Part shown: positions 1-10,900 of the stretch, piece after piece | Numbering within the stretch: position 1 is the stretch's first letter | How the letters are laid out: every line of letters starts with the position of its first letter | DNA from: Auanema rhodensis | Taxonomy: Eukaryota; Animalia; Nematoda | Length of the DNA: 64,000 nucleotides | Direction of reading: 5' to 3' | NCBI GenBank assembly: GCA_964057225.1 | Contig: OZ059895.1 | Coordinates: 13,392,001-13,456,000, forward strand | The notes under the pieces: model-generated | The model's database searches: none | What the model was told of the DNA's origin: nothing | The model's input: the letters and a program-made list of their open reading frames with translations, nothing else | Program-made: the position numbers and the translations under genes

Positions 1-3000
1 TGTAGTGGTCGTAAAGATGTATTTATTCCTATTTTGTTGAGAGCTTCTATAAAGTCTATTCCTAATAATATTGGTGCTGGGCAGTGGTTGTTGGCAGAAA
101 TCAGTACTTTGTGCTCGATTTCTGTCTTCCCGATAATAATTGGGATTCTTGTGTAGCCCAGGAAAGAAAATCGTGATTTGTTTGCTACAATGGCTGTTGT
201 CTTTTCCATAACCATTGTTGCTGCCGGTAGTTGTTGAAATGTACTTTCCTTCATGTATGATATAGAAGCTCCTGTGTCCCATAAAGCAGTAAAGATCTGA
301 TTGTGAATGGAGAGAGGTACGAAAGGTAGTCGTGATCCTCCGATGTAGTTAATCCTTGATTCTTTCATAGCGTACCGTGGTAGATAGGCGAAAAAGTCAT
401 TATCTGATAGTGGGGCGTCAGGATCATATCGAGAGGTTCTTGTATATAATTTCTCTTGCTGAGAAGTGACTAGTGGTTTTAATTCGAATTGTTTGTCCTC
501 TCCTCTTGGTTCTTCGTCTTGTTCGTTGAATGTGATTTGATTGATTGGTATCCTTGTGGTACCTGCATATATTTTTAATGCCCAAATGGTAACAGTTATG
601 AGTCCTATTGTGACGATGATTGCTCCAATAATAGCTAGTGTCCTTAGTATCCATGCTGTAATTGATTCTCCTATGTATCCAAAGAAATTTGTGATTTGTT
701 TCTCCGCGTTGTTTGATATGTTATCTGCTATCATTAATGTCGTTCCAACTGTTCCTCCTATAATTCCTATTGGATTCAGATTGGATAGTCCAGAATGTTT
801 GAAGACTGGTTTCAATTTTCCTGGCATAGTTGCTTGTAAAGATGCTAGGCTAGAGCCGTAGGAAATAGCCAGTGCCATTGGAAATGTTGACTCCGTGAGG
901 TTTGAAAATATGTTGGAATTGTTAAACTTAATGTGATCAATTTTTACAGATGTGAGTTCATCCGAAAATGAGAAGTTAGTCACATTCAATGTTGAATTAT
1001 CTTTCATCCATTGATTGTTTTCTCTGTAGGGATCTGATGTAGCCATATCGCATGCTATGATGTGGGCATATGGTGTTAAATCTCTGGATCCTGGTGTGAT
1101 GAAGAGTTTTCCGTGATGATCTGTGTCTACCGGTGTCTCCAGGTAACATTTATCGTCTCGTTTGTGATCCGAGTATACACGTGTTACTTGTACAGGGGTG
1201 CATGGCATGACGTAAATAAGATGTTCTCCAACAAACTTTGCTGAAATATCCTGTCGACGAAGCATAGTGCGAATTCCTATAGTCGGATTAATCTGCAGGA
1301 TAGCCCACCAGGTAAGTAGCTGCTTATTTTGCATTCTGCATACGCTTTTCTTTGTTATTTGGAAAGATTGTAAGATTTCCTCCTCTAGTTTTGACGTAGA
1401 GTATTGGAGGTGGGACCTTGTATCTTGTTGACGTAGTTGATCGTCGTATTTTTGAATGATATCTGCTCGTGTTCGTAGGAAATTGAGGTGGGCTTGTGAT
1501 CCAGTGTGAGATTTGATTTCCTCAATCGGTTGGGTCGTTGTTGCTCGCTTTGTAGTAGTCCGAGTTGTTTGAAGTGTCCTAGTAGATTCCCTGCGGGATG
1601 TGGTGGTGAGAGGACGTGGTGGTGGAGTTACTGGAGTTGTTGTACTCTGGTAATAATAATATCTCCTTGGTGTAGTTGTAGTTTGAGGTGGAGACGTCCG
1701 ATGAGTAGTAGTTGTCGGGGCAGTTGTTGTAGTAGTCGATGTAGTGGTTGTGGTGGTTGTAGTAGTGGTGGTTGTGGGGCTAGCACCAGGTGACTCAATG
1801 AGCTGAAGATATGCTTGTTGAAATAATTTGCTGTCTTCATCCGTGATAGGTCTGATTGTAGGTTGATTTTTGGGCAACCCATAATTTTGTGCGTGTCCGT
1901 TGAAGATGAGGGTATAGTTGGGAAAGACGATTGCTGACGAATTTGCCTGTTTTGTGAGATCTGCCCATTTCTTATTTTCTGTCTCTCTTTGTTCTTTTGA
2001 TATCCGAGTTAGACGATTGTTTTGCTCTAGATAATTAAGAAACTCCTGTATTTGATCCATCTGGGTGTAGAACTGTGTGTCAGTGCGTGATCTAGGCAGT
2101 TTTGTCATCCTGGGTGGGTACAGTTGGTACAGATAGTCCTCCATTGATGGAATAGTCTCTCCTGTTGCCAGAGTGGTAGGTGTATGAGCTATTTCAATTG
2201 CTATTTGTCTTGCTCGGTCGAGATAATCGCCTTCGTAGTTGAGTAGACGTGTGGCAAAGTCGCTGATAGTGATTTGCTTGCTGAGTTTTGCCGTGATCTC
2301 TGATGGCAGTAGGTGTTCGATGGCAATTTTCGTAGAAAGTCGAATCTCAGCTTCTGCAAGTGTGTGCAGGATAACCATGTTGATGTCAGTGTAGTTGTGC
2401 CATAAGAGTCGGTTCTTCAGTTTTGATGAATCTAGTTGTAGGAATTTGATGAAACCTATGTGTACGCTAGATGTCTTGAGATATTCCATAAGGTTATAAG
2501 CGTTGTCCAGTCTTTTCCTATTTCGATATGTCTGGTACATAGGTAGTATACCTGTAGAACTGTCTGTGAGGCGAAGTGATTTGTAGATAGTGATATTGAA
2601 GAATCTCGTAGGGTATTCTTGGGGTGCCATCCTCTTTTGACGTCGGTGTGTTTTTAAGTCCTTGATGGAAATGTACGTACCACTATCAGTTGAGTAGATG
2701 CTTGTATTCATACATCTTGTAGCTGTAGGGTCTGGCGTGTTGTTTTTGAGAATGAATGCTCCTTGTATTTCCGAGATTAATACAGTATCATTGTTGATTA
2801 GTGCTTCGAATTTCCCTAATGTCGTGTAGTCGCAATTTCGATGATCATTGGGTGGGATCCATGTGATAACTGCGTTGGTGGTGTTGCATACTCCTTGTTG
2901 CTTAGTGCATCCTTCAGTGTTGATGAATAAGTCGGAGATTATAGTGTCATCGTGTAGGCTAGTCATCATTCCTCTTTCTAAGGTGAATCTTGACTTGGTT

Positions 3001-5105
3001 GTGCAAGAGGATGCCCAAAACGATTTTGATTGTGTACTAGATGGCATAGGGGCTTTGAATAGTCCTGGTGCTTCGCGATTGAGGTCGTTATCCATGTGTC
3101 GTCTTTCTTGAATGGCTGTTTGGCATTCTTGTGGAGTGGCTGGTTCTATTCGGAGTAATGTAACGTTATTTTCCCTGATGAAGAATAAGTCGTGGGCGCA
3201 CGTTTTATAGATTTCCTTGGCGCATTTCCATGCTTCCCATTCCTTGTAATTCATATTTTCTGCGAATAGTTCCACTGTTTTTATCTCGACTCCGTCCTTG
3301 TGTGCATAGTCTGAGCAGGTGGTTGGGCGAGGTGGTTCGAGGAAAATACCTCCTCGTTTGCCAATGCAGAGTTGATAGGTGTTGTCTGCCTGGCAAGGTA
3401 TCATAGATAGGGCGATGACGGATAAGAATAGCGGTATGAACGGAAGTGTCTTCTTTGTTTTGACTGTTTCCTTTTCTACTTTGTTAACGTGAAAACGGAC
3501 GCTGGGGCTTCTTGTGCGATCTCTGTTCCTGTTATGTGGTCCATATGAAGTGCTGCGATTTCGTTGTTGAAATCCGCGATCAGGACAGTTTCCGCGGTTG
3601 TATCGGTCGTTTCCTCTGTGCTCCTGTCGATCATTCCTTCTGCTATCATATCGATCGTTTCCTCTGCTGTTGTATCGATCATTGTATCTATCGTACCGTT
3701 GGGGGCTACGATAATTGTTGTATCCTCGTTGATATCCATTGTTTCTGTTATCCTGTCTGAAGTTGTGACGGTTATTTTGTCGATCCTCTTGGTATCTTGG
3801 TGAGCGGTATCCTCCTCTTCTTTGATTCCATTGCTCTTGTGGTTGTTGTGGTCTTGATTGATTTCCATAGAATGTTCTTGATTGGTGTGTTTGTGATCCG
3901 TCATAGATTTTCTCCTGTTGTGATGCTCTCATGTGGTTTATGAGACCATTATTAATCTCTAGTTGTTCCACGTCTTTAATCAAGTTGTTGACCAAGAGCG
4001 AAGGATCCTCGTCAGCTTCCACAGTTTCGGCAATAGTCACGGCTGCATCAAAGGTGATAGGGCTGCGGTTATTGACATGTGTTCTTAAAGTCTTTCGTAG
4101 TCCTCCTAAGAATGAAACTCGTAGTATTCTTTCATCGGCTGTCGAGTCCATGTTGCATGATTCGTAGGCAAGGTTTCTGCAGCGTTGAGCGAAATTTTGT
4201 ACCGTTTCGTGCTCTCCTTGTTTCAAATGAGTGAGTTTTGTGAATGCTGCATCTCTCTTTTCTGGAGGTTGTAATTTCTCCGATAGTATGCGTTTGACGT
4301 GGTTCCATCCCTGGCGTAAGTCTTCTGCTGGTATAGTTCGAAGAGCTTCAGCGGCTCTATCCGTTCCGAGAAGTAGATAGAGATGGGAAAGTCTCTCGGC
4401 AATAGGGACTTGAAGGGCATCGAAATATCCTTCTAGTCTTTGCATGTAGAGGTTGAATGGAACCGATCCATCATAAAGCGTAGGTTTGTGATGGCGAATA
4501 GAAACGTTGTGGGCTCTTGCAATAGGAGAGTTGTCTTGCTCCATCTGCTCTGCCATTTGAGGGCGACTTCTCTGCTCTGTAACATTCGAAGTCAAATTTA
4601 CGTTATTGTCTGACGAAGAAGAGACAGGAGACAGAGAGTGCCCGTGCAAAGATTGATCAGTGGAAGAGGGAGAGTTTCTAGGAATAGGAGAGGTGAGGAT
4701 TTCCGCATTTGCGGTTTGAACAAGGCGTTGAGGAGAAGTGTGATTTGGAGGACAAGTGTTAGTGCCGGTATTAACAACTGTTTTTGGAGAGTGAGAAGAG
4801 CGTTTGGGCGTAGATTTACTGGATGATGCTTTATTCTTATTCAAGCTAATTGCATGCCTAGTAGTTTTAATAGCAGTAGTATAAAGTTTCTTAGCAGTTA
4901 GCGGTGTACCCGGAATAGGGGGTAATTTCTTTGATTTCGCGTTCGTTTTCGGATATTTCGCATCTGGTCGGAATGCATCCGGTGGTCCTCTTTTTCTTTG
5001 GTTTTTATGCAGTGCTGCTTCCACTGTCTGAGTTTTCTCTGCGCTATTCGTAGCATTTTGGGCAATATTTCCCGGCGGAGGGTTTTGATTCGCTGCGTCA
5101 GCCAT
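1..5105 (-). CDS. Gag-Env-Pol polyprotein, partial (Gag, gB-like Env, protease; runs off the window)
   Basis: ATG at 5105 (MADAANQ...), colinear with the 2946-aa ORF of A2; protease DTG near 278, TM near 576-638. Confidence 0.9.
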   Translation of the reverse strand, partial: MADAANQNPPPGNIAQNATNSAEKTQTVEAALHKNQRKRGPPDAFRPDAKYPKTNAKSKKLPPIPGTPLTAKKLYTTAIKTTRHAISLNKNKASSSKSTPKRSSHSPKTVVNTGTNTCPPNHTSPQRLVQTANAEILTSPIPRNSPSSTDQSLHGHSLSPVSSSSDNNVNLTSNVTEQRSRPQMAEQMEQDNSPIARAHNVSIRHHKPTLYDGSVPFNLYMQRLEGYFDALQVPIAERLSHLYLLLGTDRAAEALRTIPAEDLRQGWNHVKRILSEKLQPPEKRDAAFTKLTHLKQGEHETVQNFAQRCRNLAYESCNMDSTADERILRVSFLGGLRKTLRTHVNNRSPITFDAAVTIAETVEADEDPSLLVNNLIKDVEQLEINNGLINHMRASQQEKIYDGSQTHQSRTFYGNQSRPQQPQEQWNQRRGGYRSPRYQEDRQNNRHNFRQDNRNNGYQRGYNNYRSPQRYDRYNDRYNSRGNDRYDSRRNDRQEHRGNDRYNRGNCPDRGFQQRNRSTSYGPHNRNRDRTRSPSVRFHVNKVEKETVKTKKTLPFIPLFLSVIALSMIPCQADNTYQLCIGKRGGIFLEPPRPTTCSDYAHKDGVEIKTVELFAENMNYKEWEAWKCAKEIYKTCAHDLFFIRENNVTLLRIEPATPQECQTAIQERRHMDNDLNREAPGLFKAPMPSSTQSKSFWASSCTTKSRFTLERGMMTSLHDDTIISDLFINTEGCTKQQGVCNTTNAVITWIPPNDHRNCDYTTLGKFEALINNDTVLISEIQGAFILKNNTPDPTATRCMNTSIYSTDSGTYISIKDLKTHRRQKRMAPQEYPTRFFNITIYKSLRLTDSSTGILPMYQTYRNRKRLDNAYNLMEYLKTSSVHIGFIKFLQLDSSKLKNRLLWHNYTDINMVILHTLAEAEIRLSTKIAIEHLLPSEITAKLSKQITISDFATRLLNYEGDYLDRARQIAIEIAHTPTTLATGETIPSMEDYLYQLYPPRMTKLPRSRTDTQFYTQMDQIQEFLNYLEQNNRLTRISKEQRETENKKWADLTKQANSSAIVFPNYTLIFNGHAQNYGLPKNQPTIRPITDEDSKLFQQAYLQLIESPGASPTTTTTTTTTTTTSTTTTTAPTTTTHRTSPPQTTTTPRRYYYYQSTTTPVTPPPRPLTTTSRRESTRTLQTTRTTTKRATTTQPIEEIKSHTGSQAHLNFLRTRADIIQKYDDQLRQQDTRSHLQYSTSKLEEEILQSFQITKKSVCRMQNKQLLTWWAILQINPTIGIRTMLRRQDISAKFVGEHLIYVMPCTPVQVTRVYSDHKRDDKCYLETPVDTDHHGKLFITPGSRDLTPYAHIIACDMATSDPYRENNQWMKDNSTLNVTNFSFSDELTSVKIDHIKFNNSNIFSNLTESTFPMALAISYGSSLASLQATMPGKLKPVFKHSGLSNLNPIGIIGGTVGTTLMIADNISNNAEKQITNFFGYIGESITAWILRTLAIIGAIIVTIGLITVTIWALKIYAGTTRIPINQITFNEQDEEPRGEDKQFELKPLVTSQQEKLYTRTSRYDPDAPLSDNDFFAYLPRYAMKESRINYIGGSRLPFVPLSIHNQIFTALWDTGASISYMKESTFQQLPAATMVMEKTTAIVANKSRFSFLGYTRIPIIIGKTEIEHKVLISANNHCPAPILLGIDFIEALNKIGINTSLRPL

Positions 5106-6221
5106 CTTTGTTGGTTTCCTGGAAGGAAATTATTAACCAACGAAGACTGAGCTTATATTATACAAAACGTAAGAGACAATATGGGGTTGGTATGCGCGAC
5201 TCCTGTTCCTGTCAGGGGGCCAGCCTGCAGCGGGTCTCTAGTCGGAGAATAGCCTGGTCAGGTTCATACACGAGTCCGCAACTACGTGTGACCTTTAGCA
5301 AAGGACCAAGTTCTTATCTCTCGAAGAGGCATGAGATATGAGACAGTGGTCTGTGTATTGCTCCTTTTCAGTCATGGACAAGATCAGGTACACAGGCTTC
5401 TCATACTCACTTTTCCAGACTTCTCTTACCTAAGCAAACCCCCAAAAGACGTTCCCTTTTAACGTTACTTCTGTTCCCCTGGGTCTTGCTAGGTGGGACC
5501 ACTCAATTTCAAAATATTCTTTAATTCTCATATGGGACCAAAAGGGTTAATTTCAAATGATTGCGCGTCTTATATCAAAAAGTGTACGCCTCCGCGCGAT
5601 GTCCCGAGAATGTCTGGTATTGTTTCTTACGGGGCTTTCTCATAAAAATGCGTTAGATATCAAGAATAGTGATTTTGTTTATGAATCAATGTTTTCAGAA
5701 TGATTTATGAATAGATATTTTCAAAATTTAGCTTGTGATAAGATGTTTTCAAGATGACTTATGGGTAAGTGTTGCAATATGAATAAATGTCTTTAAGATA
5801 TTTCATGAATTGATAGTTTTTAATATTATTCGTGGTTAAATATTTTGATATGCTTGTTCCAAAAAGAGTTTTTTTATGCATTATATGCCTTTAACATACA
5901 GGAAAGTAGAGGAATAACGTAGGAATATAGATTGTAATAGATAATATGTATAAGACATTTTTTTTTTTTTTCAAATAGATATATCAGAAATGATGTTAGA
6001 AGAATGATATTTAGAGATAAATTCGAATTACTAGATTAAATTGGAGTTTTTGTTTTAGATACAAAATTGACTTGAAAGTTTGAAATATAAAATTTAATTA
6101 GAATTTTTGGATATGAAATCAAGATAAATTTTTAAAGTAAAAAGGATTTCAAAGAAAGAGAAAGTAATTTAAAGGTGAGAAAAGTAGCGGCAATGGTCCA
6201 TAGAGATTCGTCCCTTATAGA

Positions 6222-6242
6222 CGAATCTCGGTGGAACCTCCA
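6222..6242 (-). other. Primer binding site complementary to tRNA-Gln 3' end (A1)
   Basis: TGGAGGTTCCACCGAGATTCG directly after the LTR is the reverse complement of CGAATCTCGGTGGAACCT-CCA, the typical eukaryotic tRNA-Gln 3' end. Confidence 0.88.
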
Positions 6243-6581
6243 CGTTCCATATTGGTTCCTAGGGTTCCGGCTAGGTAACCATATGGACTTTAATAGTGTG
6301 AATGCCATTGTAAAAGTAACAGAAAGTAGAGAAAAAGAAGTTTATTCAGAATATGGAAATACAACTATAAAAGCAAAATACAATAATCAAATAAATGAAA
6401 CTACATGTTATGAGAAAGCCAACCTAGTTGCTTTCTCAGGGGTTTATATAACAAAATATTAATTACAAATATAATTGAATTTATACAAAAAGTAGTTCAG
6501 GTCTAGTTTCTTATTGAATTCTATTAACCAAAAGTCGGTTGACGTTGTCAACCGCCTTCTTTATAAGACACGTATGGAACA
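6243..6581 (-). repeat. Family A 5' LTR (339 bp)
   Basis: TGTTCCATA...TATGGAACG termini; matches the five other family-A LTRs in the window. Confidence 0.95.
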
Positions 6582-6886
6582 TCCAATTTCATGTTAGTTA
6601 TGTAATTTTCTACGTTACATCTAAATTCCTCGATGATATCAAATCTTATGAGCTCCAAATACAATAAATTAAAAAAGGTTTCACAGTTGTATAGTGTTAA
6701 AACAATGTTTGTTTCAATAGGAAATAGATAGAAACAGTAAAGTTAAGATGAAGGTTCATAAACTACTGGTTTATAACTGTAATATAGAAATAAGATTGAA
6801 GATATTTTGATGCCTTGGGTTGAGCTATCTAAGTAAAACTGCTAGAAAATTAAAAACATTTGTTACGGAAGAGAGAAAATTGAAAA
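6582..6886. repeat. 5S rDNA intergenic spacer fragment between elements A1 and B
   Basis: Matches the array spacer from TCCAATTTCATG to AAATTGAAAA; contains no 5S gene. Confidence 0.93.
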
Positions 6887-7252
6887 CGTTCCATTATGCT
6901 CCTACGTATATTGAACAGACCATTGTAGTCTGCTCAACTACGCGTATAGTATTCCATAAGTGTAGCGGTATGGAAACAGAGCATAAGGATTACATAAGAT
7001 AAGGAAATATATAGGTTTATTATACACAATACAATATCATTACAATACAATAACACAAGTATAAAGTAAACTACATTTACAAGACAAAGACTAATATATA
7101 AGATTAACTAAGTTAGATGCAAACCGTCCATGGGCTTGCAAAGGGGCGAACTCCCGAATAGGGGCATGAGGGAAGGCGGTGCCATTCCTCATTCCTCTAG
7201 TCGGTCTGGCTCTAACCCTGCAGTTACATATATAGAGTCTCCGAATGGAACG
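6887..7252 (-). repeat. Family B 3' LTR (366 bp)
   Basis: Direct repeat of 18594-18959; 9-bp terminal inverted repeats CGTTCCATT...AATGGAACG. Confidence 0.95.
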
Positions 7253-7265
7253 TGCCCTTTTTCAA
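7253..7265 (-). other. Polypurine tract of element B
   Basis: TGAAAAAAGGGCA on the minus strand immediately before the 3' LTR. Confidence 0.7.
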
Positions 7266-7952
7266 AGATTGTCGCGACCTCGCGATATTTTAAACAAAAA
7301 TTTGGGCTTATATGTAACTGAGTTTTAGAGTTCAATTGTTTTAGCTTCACAATAACTATAGTATGATAGAGTTTTAGTTAGTATACAAACAAAATTACAA
7401 TAATTTATAAGAAGGGTTCAATATAATATGAAGTGACGATGAATTAGAATATTATTAATTTCATAAATTAATTATCTTAATATTCAAGCATTTCCTAATA
7501 GAGATTGTAGAATAAGGGGCTAGTAATGAATGGGAATATGTTATTATTTTGACTAATGGTCTCAAGAAGTACTCATTTCTAAATTGAACCGAGATTATGA
7601 TTTAATAATGTGTCTCCATATGTCTCCCAGAGTGAATCCTTGATTACTAATGGAGACTACCACTTAAGATGAAATTGTGGTTGATACGCCTACCAGTGTT
7701 TATCTCATCTTATTTGGAGAGGCACATGGAGCTCGGATGGTTGTCAAAATGTCCTCTAGTCCGCATAGGATTACGGTAACTTGGAACCATTAGTCATAAC
7801 ATCTCCTCGTTTAGAATTTGCCTTATTTTTCCTTTCTCAATCTCTATTAAATGCTATTTTTATTTTGAATGTTATTTAGTATTAATTTTTTTTTTCTCTA
7901 ATTCATCGTTATTTTGTTACAATAATTTAAATAACGTAGCATTATCTTGTTG

Positions 7953-10900
7953 TTATTCTTCTTCATTCCTCGGAAGCCATATTTCGTCTTCATTTTCATC
8001 TTCTGGCTCTGTATCTATGCTATCCTTGTTGTTCCTGTTGATCACTTCTATTATTTCGATGTCGCTATCTTCTTCTGCTTGACTTTCTCGAAATCTTGCG
8101 CGAGTGTTGTAAGAGATGTTTTGTGAAGCAGGAGAGAAGATTTTCAAGTTATCTTTGTGGATATCTTGTAGTTTTCCTGATGAATTTCTGATTTGAACTT
8201 TTGATCCTTCTACGTTGATGACTTCGTATGGTCCATCATAGCTTTTCCGAAGCTTTTGGCCGATTTGGTGTGATTTTATAGTCGTCATCACCATGTCGCC
8301 CGGTTGAATGTCTCTATGGTGTGCTCTTTGCGTTCTATCTTTCTTCTTTTTCGCATTTTCTTGATTTTTAGCTATGCGGTTCTTTATTATTTCGTCTCTC
8401 TTGTCCATATCTGGTCTTCTTTGGAGTAATTCTTCAGAAATTTCTTGAATTTTGGTGATCGTTTCTGGTAATTCAGCGTCCATTGACATTCTGCATTCTT
8501 TACCGAATAATGCAATGTAAGGCGCAATCCCTGTAGTCGCGTGCTGAATATTGTTAATAGCAAAAGTGATTTTTGGTAATACAGTATCCCAGTCACTAAG
8601 GTCCTCTTTTAAGTAGTGGGTTAATCCTTCTTCGAGGGTTCTGTGAAGTCTTTCCACTTGTCCATTTGAGTTCTTTTGGTGTGGTAGTGTTGGTTCATGT
8701 TTGATTCCAAGTTTAGTACACATTTCTTCGAACTTTTTGGATACAAAGTTCGAACCTCTATCGGTGATCAAGCGATGGGGTGGTCCAAAAATGTAAACGA
8801 AATGTCGTAGAAATCGGTCAATTGTGATTTCCGTTGTTATTTGTGGTACAGCAATTGTTGTTGACCATTTTGTAAATGCGTCTTGCATGGTAATGACGTA
8901 GGTACAGTTTCTTTTTGAAGGGGGAAATGGTCCCATTACGTCCATGTGGACTCGTTCAAATGGCTTGCTTGGTATCTCAAAATGACCTATTGGTTGTACC
9001 GTCATGGAATGTGGATCTTTTTTTCTTTGAGCACATTTAATGCAGTTCTTGATGAATATAGTAATGTCGTTCTGCATATTTGTCCAATAGAATCTTCTTA
9101 GAATTGCTTCTTTTGTTTTAATAATTCCTTGATGTGCTGCAATTGTAGGATCCTCATGAAAAACTTTGATTATTTCCTCAATTATGGGGTGTTCTTGTGG
9201 TATTACGATAGCGGGTTGTGGCTTTTTGTCTGTTGGTTTTGTATAGAGCAAGTCATTTATGACACAATATCTGTCATTAGCTGTCATGTTCTTTTGTGCT
9301 CTATATTCAATCTCCGCTATCGTCCGTTTAATCCAAGGGGTGCTTAGTTGAATTTCCTTTATTGTTGGTGTATTTATGGCGTTAATGTGAATTTCTTCCA
9401 TTTTCTTCTTCTTTGTTTCCGGCTTAGCATCGTTAGCTTCTTCACCTATATATCGAGATAGAGCATCGCATACTTTATTTAATTGGCCTGCGCGATATTT
9501 TATTTCAATATCATATTCTTGGATGACCAGCTGGAACTTCGCAAGACGACCAAATAAGTCTCTGCGTGTCATTAAGCTGGTGAGAGGTCGATGGTCCGTA
9601 ATACATATAGTATGAGTTCCAAGAATGTATGTACGGAATTGATTTAATGCATATACAAGCCCTAATGCTTCTATCTCGATTGGTGCGTAGTTACGTTCGG
9701 CTTTAACTAGTTTTCTGCTTGCAAATGCGATAGGGTGTAGATTTTTCAGAGGTTGTTTTGGATCTTCCGGTTGTAATAATACAGCACCTATGGCGATGTT
9801 ACTACCGTCGCTTTCAACTATAAACAAGCGGTCCGATTTAGGTGGGCTTAAAACGGGTGCCTGTATTAAACTTCTTTTAAGGAGGTCTAAAGCTTCTTGA
9901 TGTTTGTTTTCCCATTTGAATTCAGTATCTGCCTTTGTCAGATCGTATAAAGGGCTTGCGATACGTGCAAAATCTTTCATGAATTTGCGAAAGAATCCAA
10001 CCATTCCCAAGAATGCTCGTACACCTGTTGCATTCTTTGGTGCCGGATAATCTTGTATGGCGGCGACTTTTTGAGGGTCAGGTTTTATACCTTGACGTCC
10101 AACAATAAGTCCTAGAAATTTCACTTCTGGTTGAGCAAAAGCGCATTTCTTAAGCTTTATCTTCATTCCCAATTCTTCTACTGCTTGCAGTAAATCATCG
10201 ATATCTTTGAGATGTTGTTCTCTTGTATCAGATATAACTAATAGATCATCCAAATAAACAAATAGTTTACAAGAACATTTACTTTGCAAATACCTTACTG
10301 CTGTTTGAAAGGTATGAGGGGCTCCACAAAGGCCCATCGGCATCCGTTTGTACTGGTATGTGCCGGATGTGGTCGTAAATGCTGTTAGTGGTCGATCTGA
10401 TTTTCTCAAGGATATTTGAAAAAATCCTGACACTAAATCGAAATTTGAGAAAAATTGGGCGCCTGCTGCCAAATCAACTATGTCAGAAATGCTTGGAATG
10501 ACATAAGTTTGCTTGCGTGTGACATTATTTAAAGCTCGAAAATCTGTCACAAACCTATACGTGTCATCTTTCTTCTTAACTAGTACTACAGGGCTATTAA
10601 ATAGAGATGTAGAAGGCTCTATTATGCCTTGCTCAAGCATTTCTTTGACTTGTTTTTCAATTTCTTCCTGTTTTCCTAAGGGAATACGTGTTATTCTCGG
10701 CTTTGGCATATCCATATCTGTTCTCAATGGTATGGTATGCTCTATAGAACCTTTAAATAAGCCTATTTTCCTGTCCTCGTTAAGAAATGCCTCACGATGG
10801 CTTTCAATTATTTTTGTAAGCTCATGTTTTTCTTCTTTCGTGAGATCAGCATTCTCTAGATCAAGATCTTTTATGAAGTCTCTTGGAAAATATGGTAGTT

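Larger units (their letters stand above)
1..6581 (-). mobile_element. Family A env-bearing Ty3/gypsy LTR retroelement, copy A1 (3' part lies outside the window)
   Basis: Near-identical to copy A2 at a constant offset of 32285 across the ORF; 5' LTR 6243-6581, PBS 6222-6242; right flank TCCAATTTC is 5S spacer. Confidence 0.95.

Noticed and set aside
5108-5341. Antisense accessory gene in the family-A leader analogous to that of B
   Set aside because: TTG start, only ~49 codons from the first ATG, no convincing intron or polyA structure
6222-6242. tRNA gene
   Set aside because: Only the 3' 21 nt including CCA are present, adjacent to an LTR, so it is a PBS
6175-6462. 89-114 aa ORFs overlapping family-A LTRs (also 27089, 38449, 49187, 51669, 63069)
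   Set aside because: Antisense reading of the LTR with N-termini that vary with the flanking DNA; no coding signal
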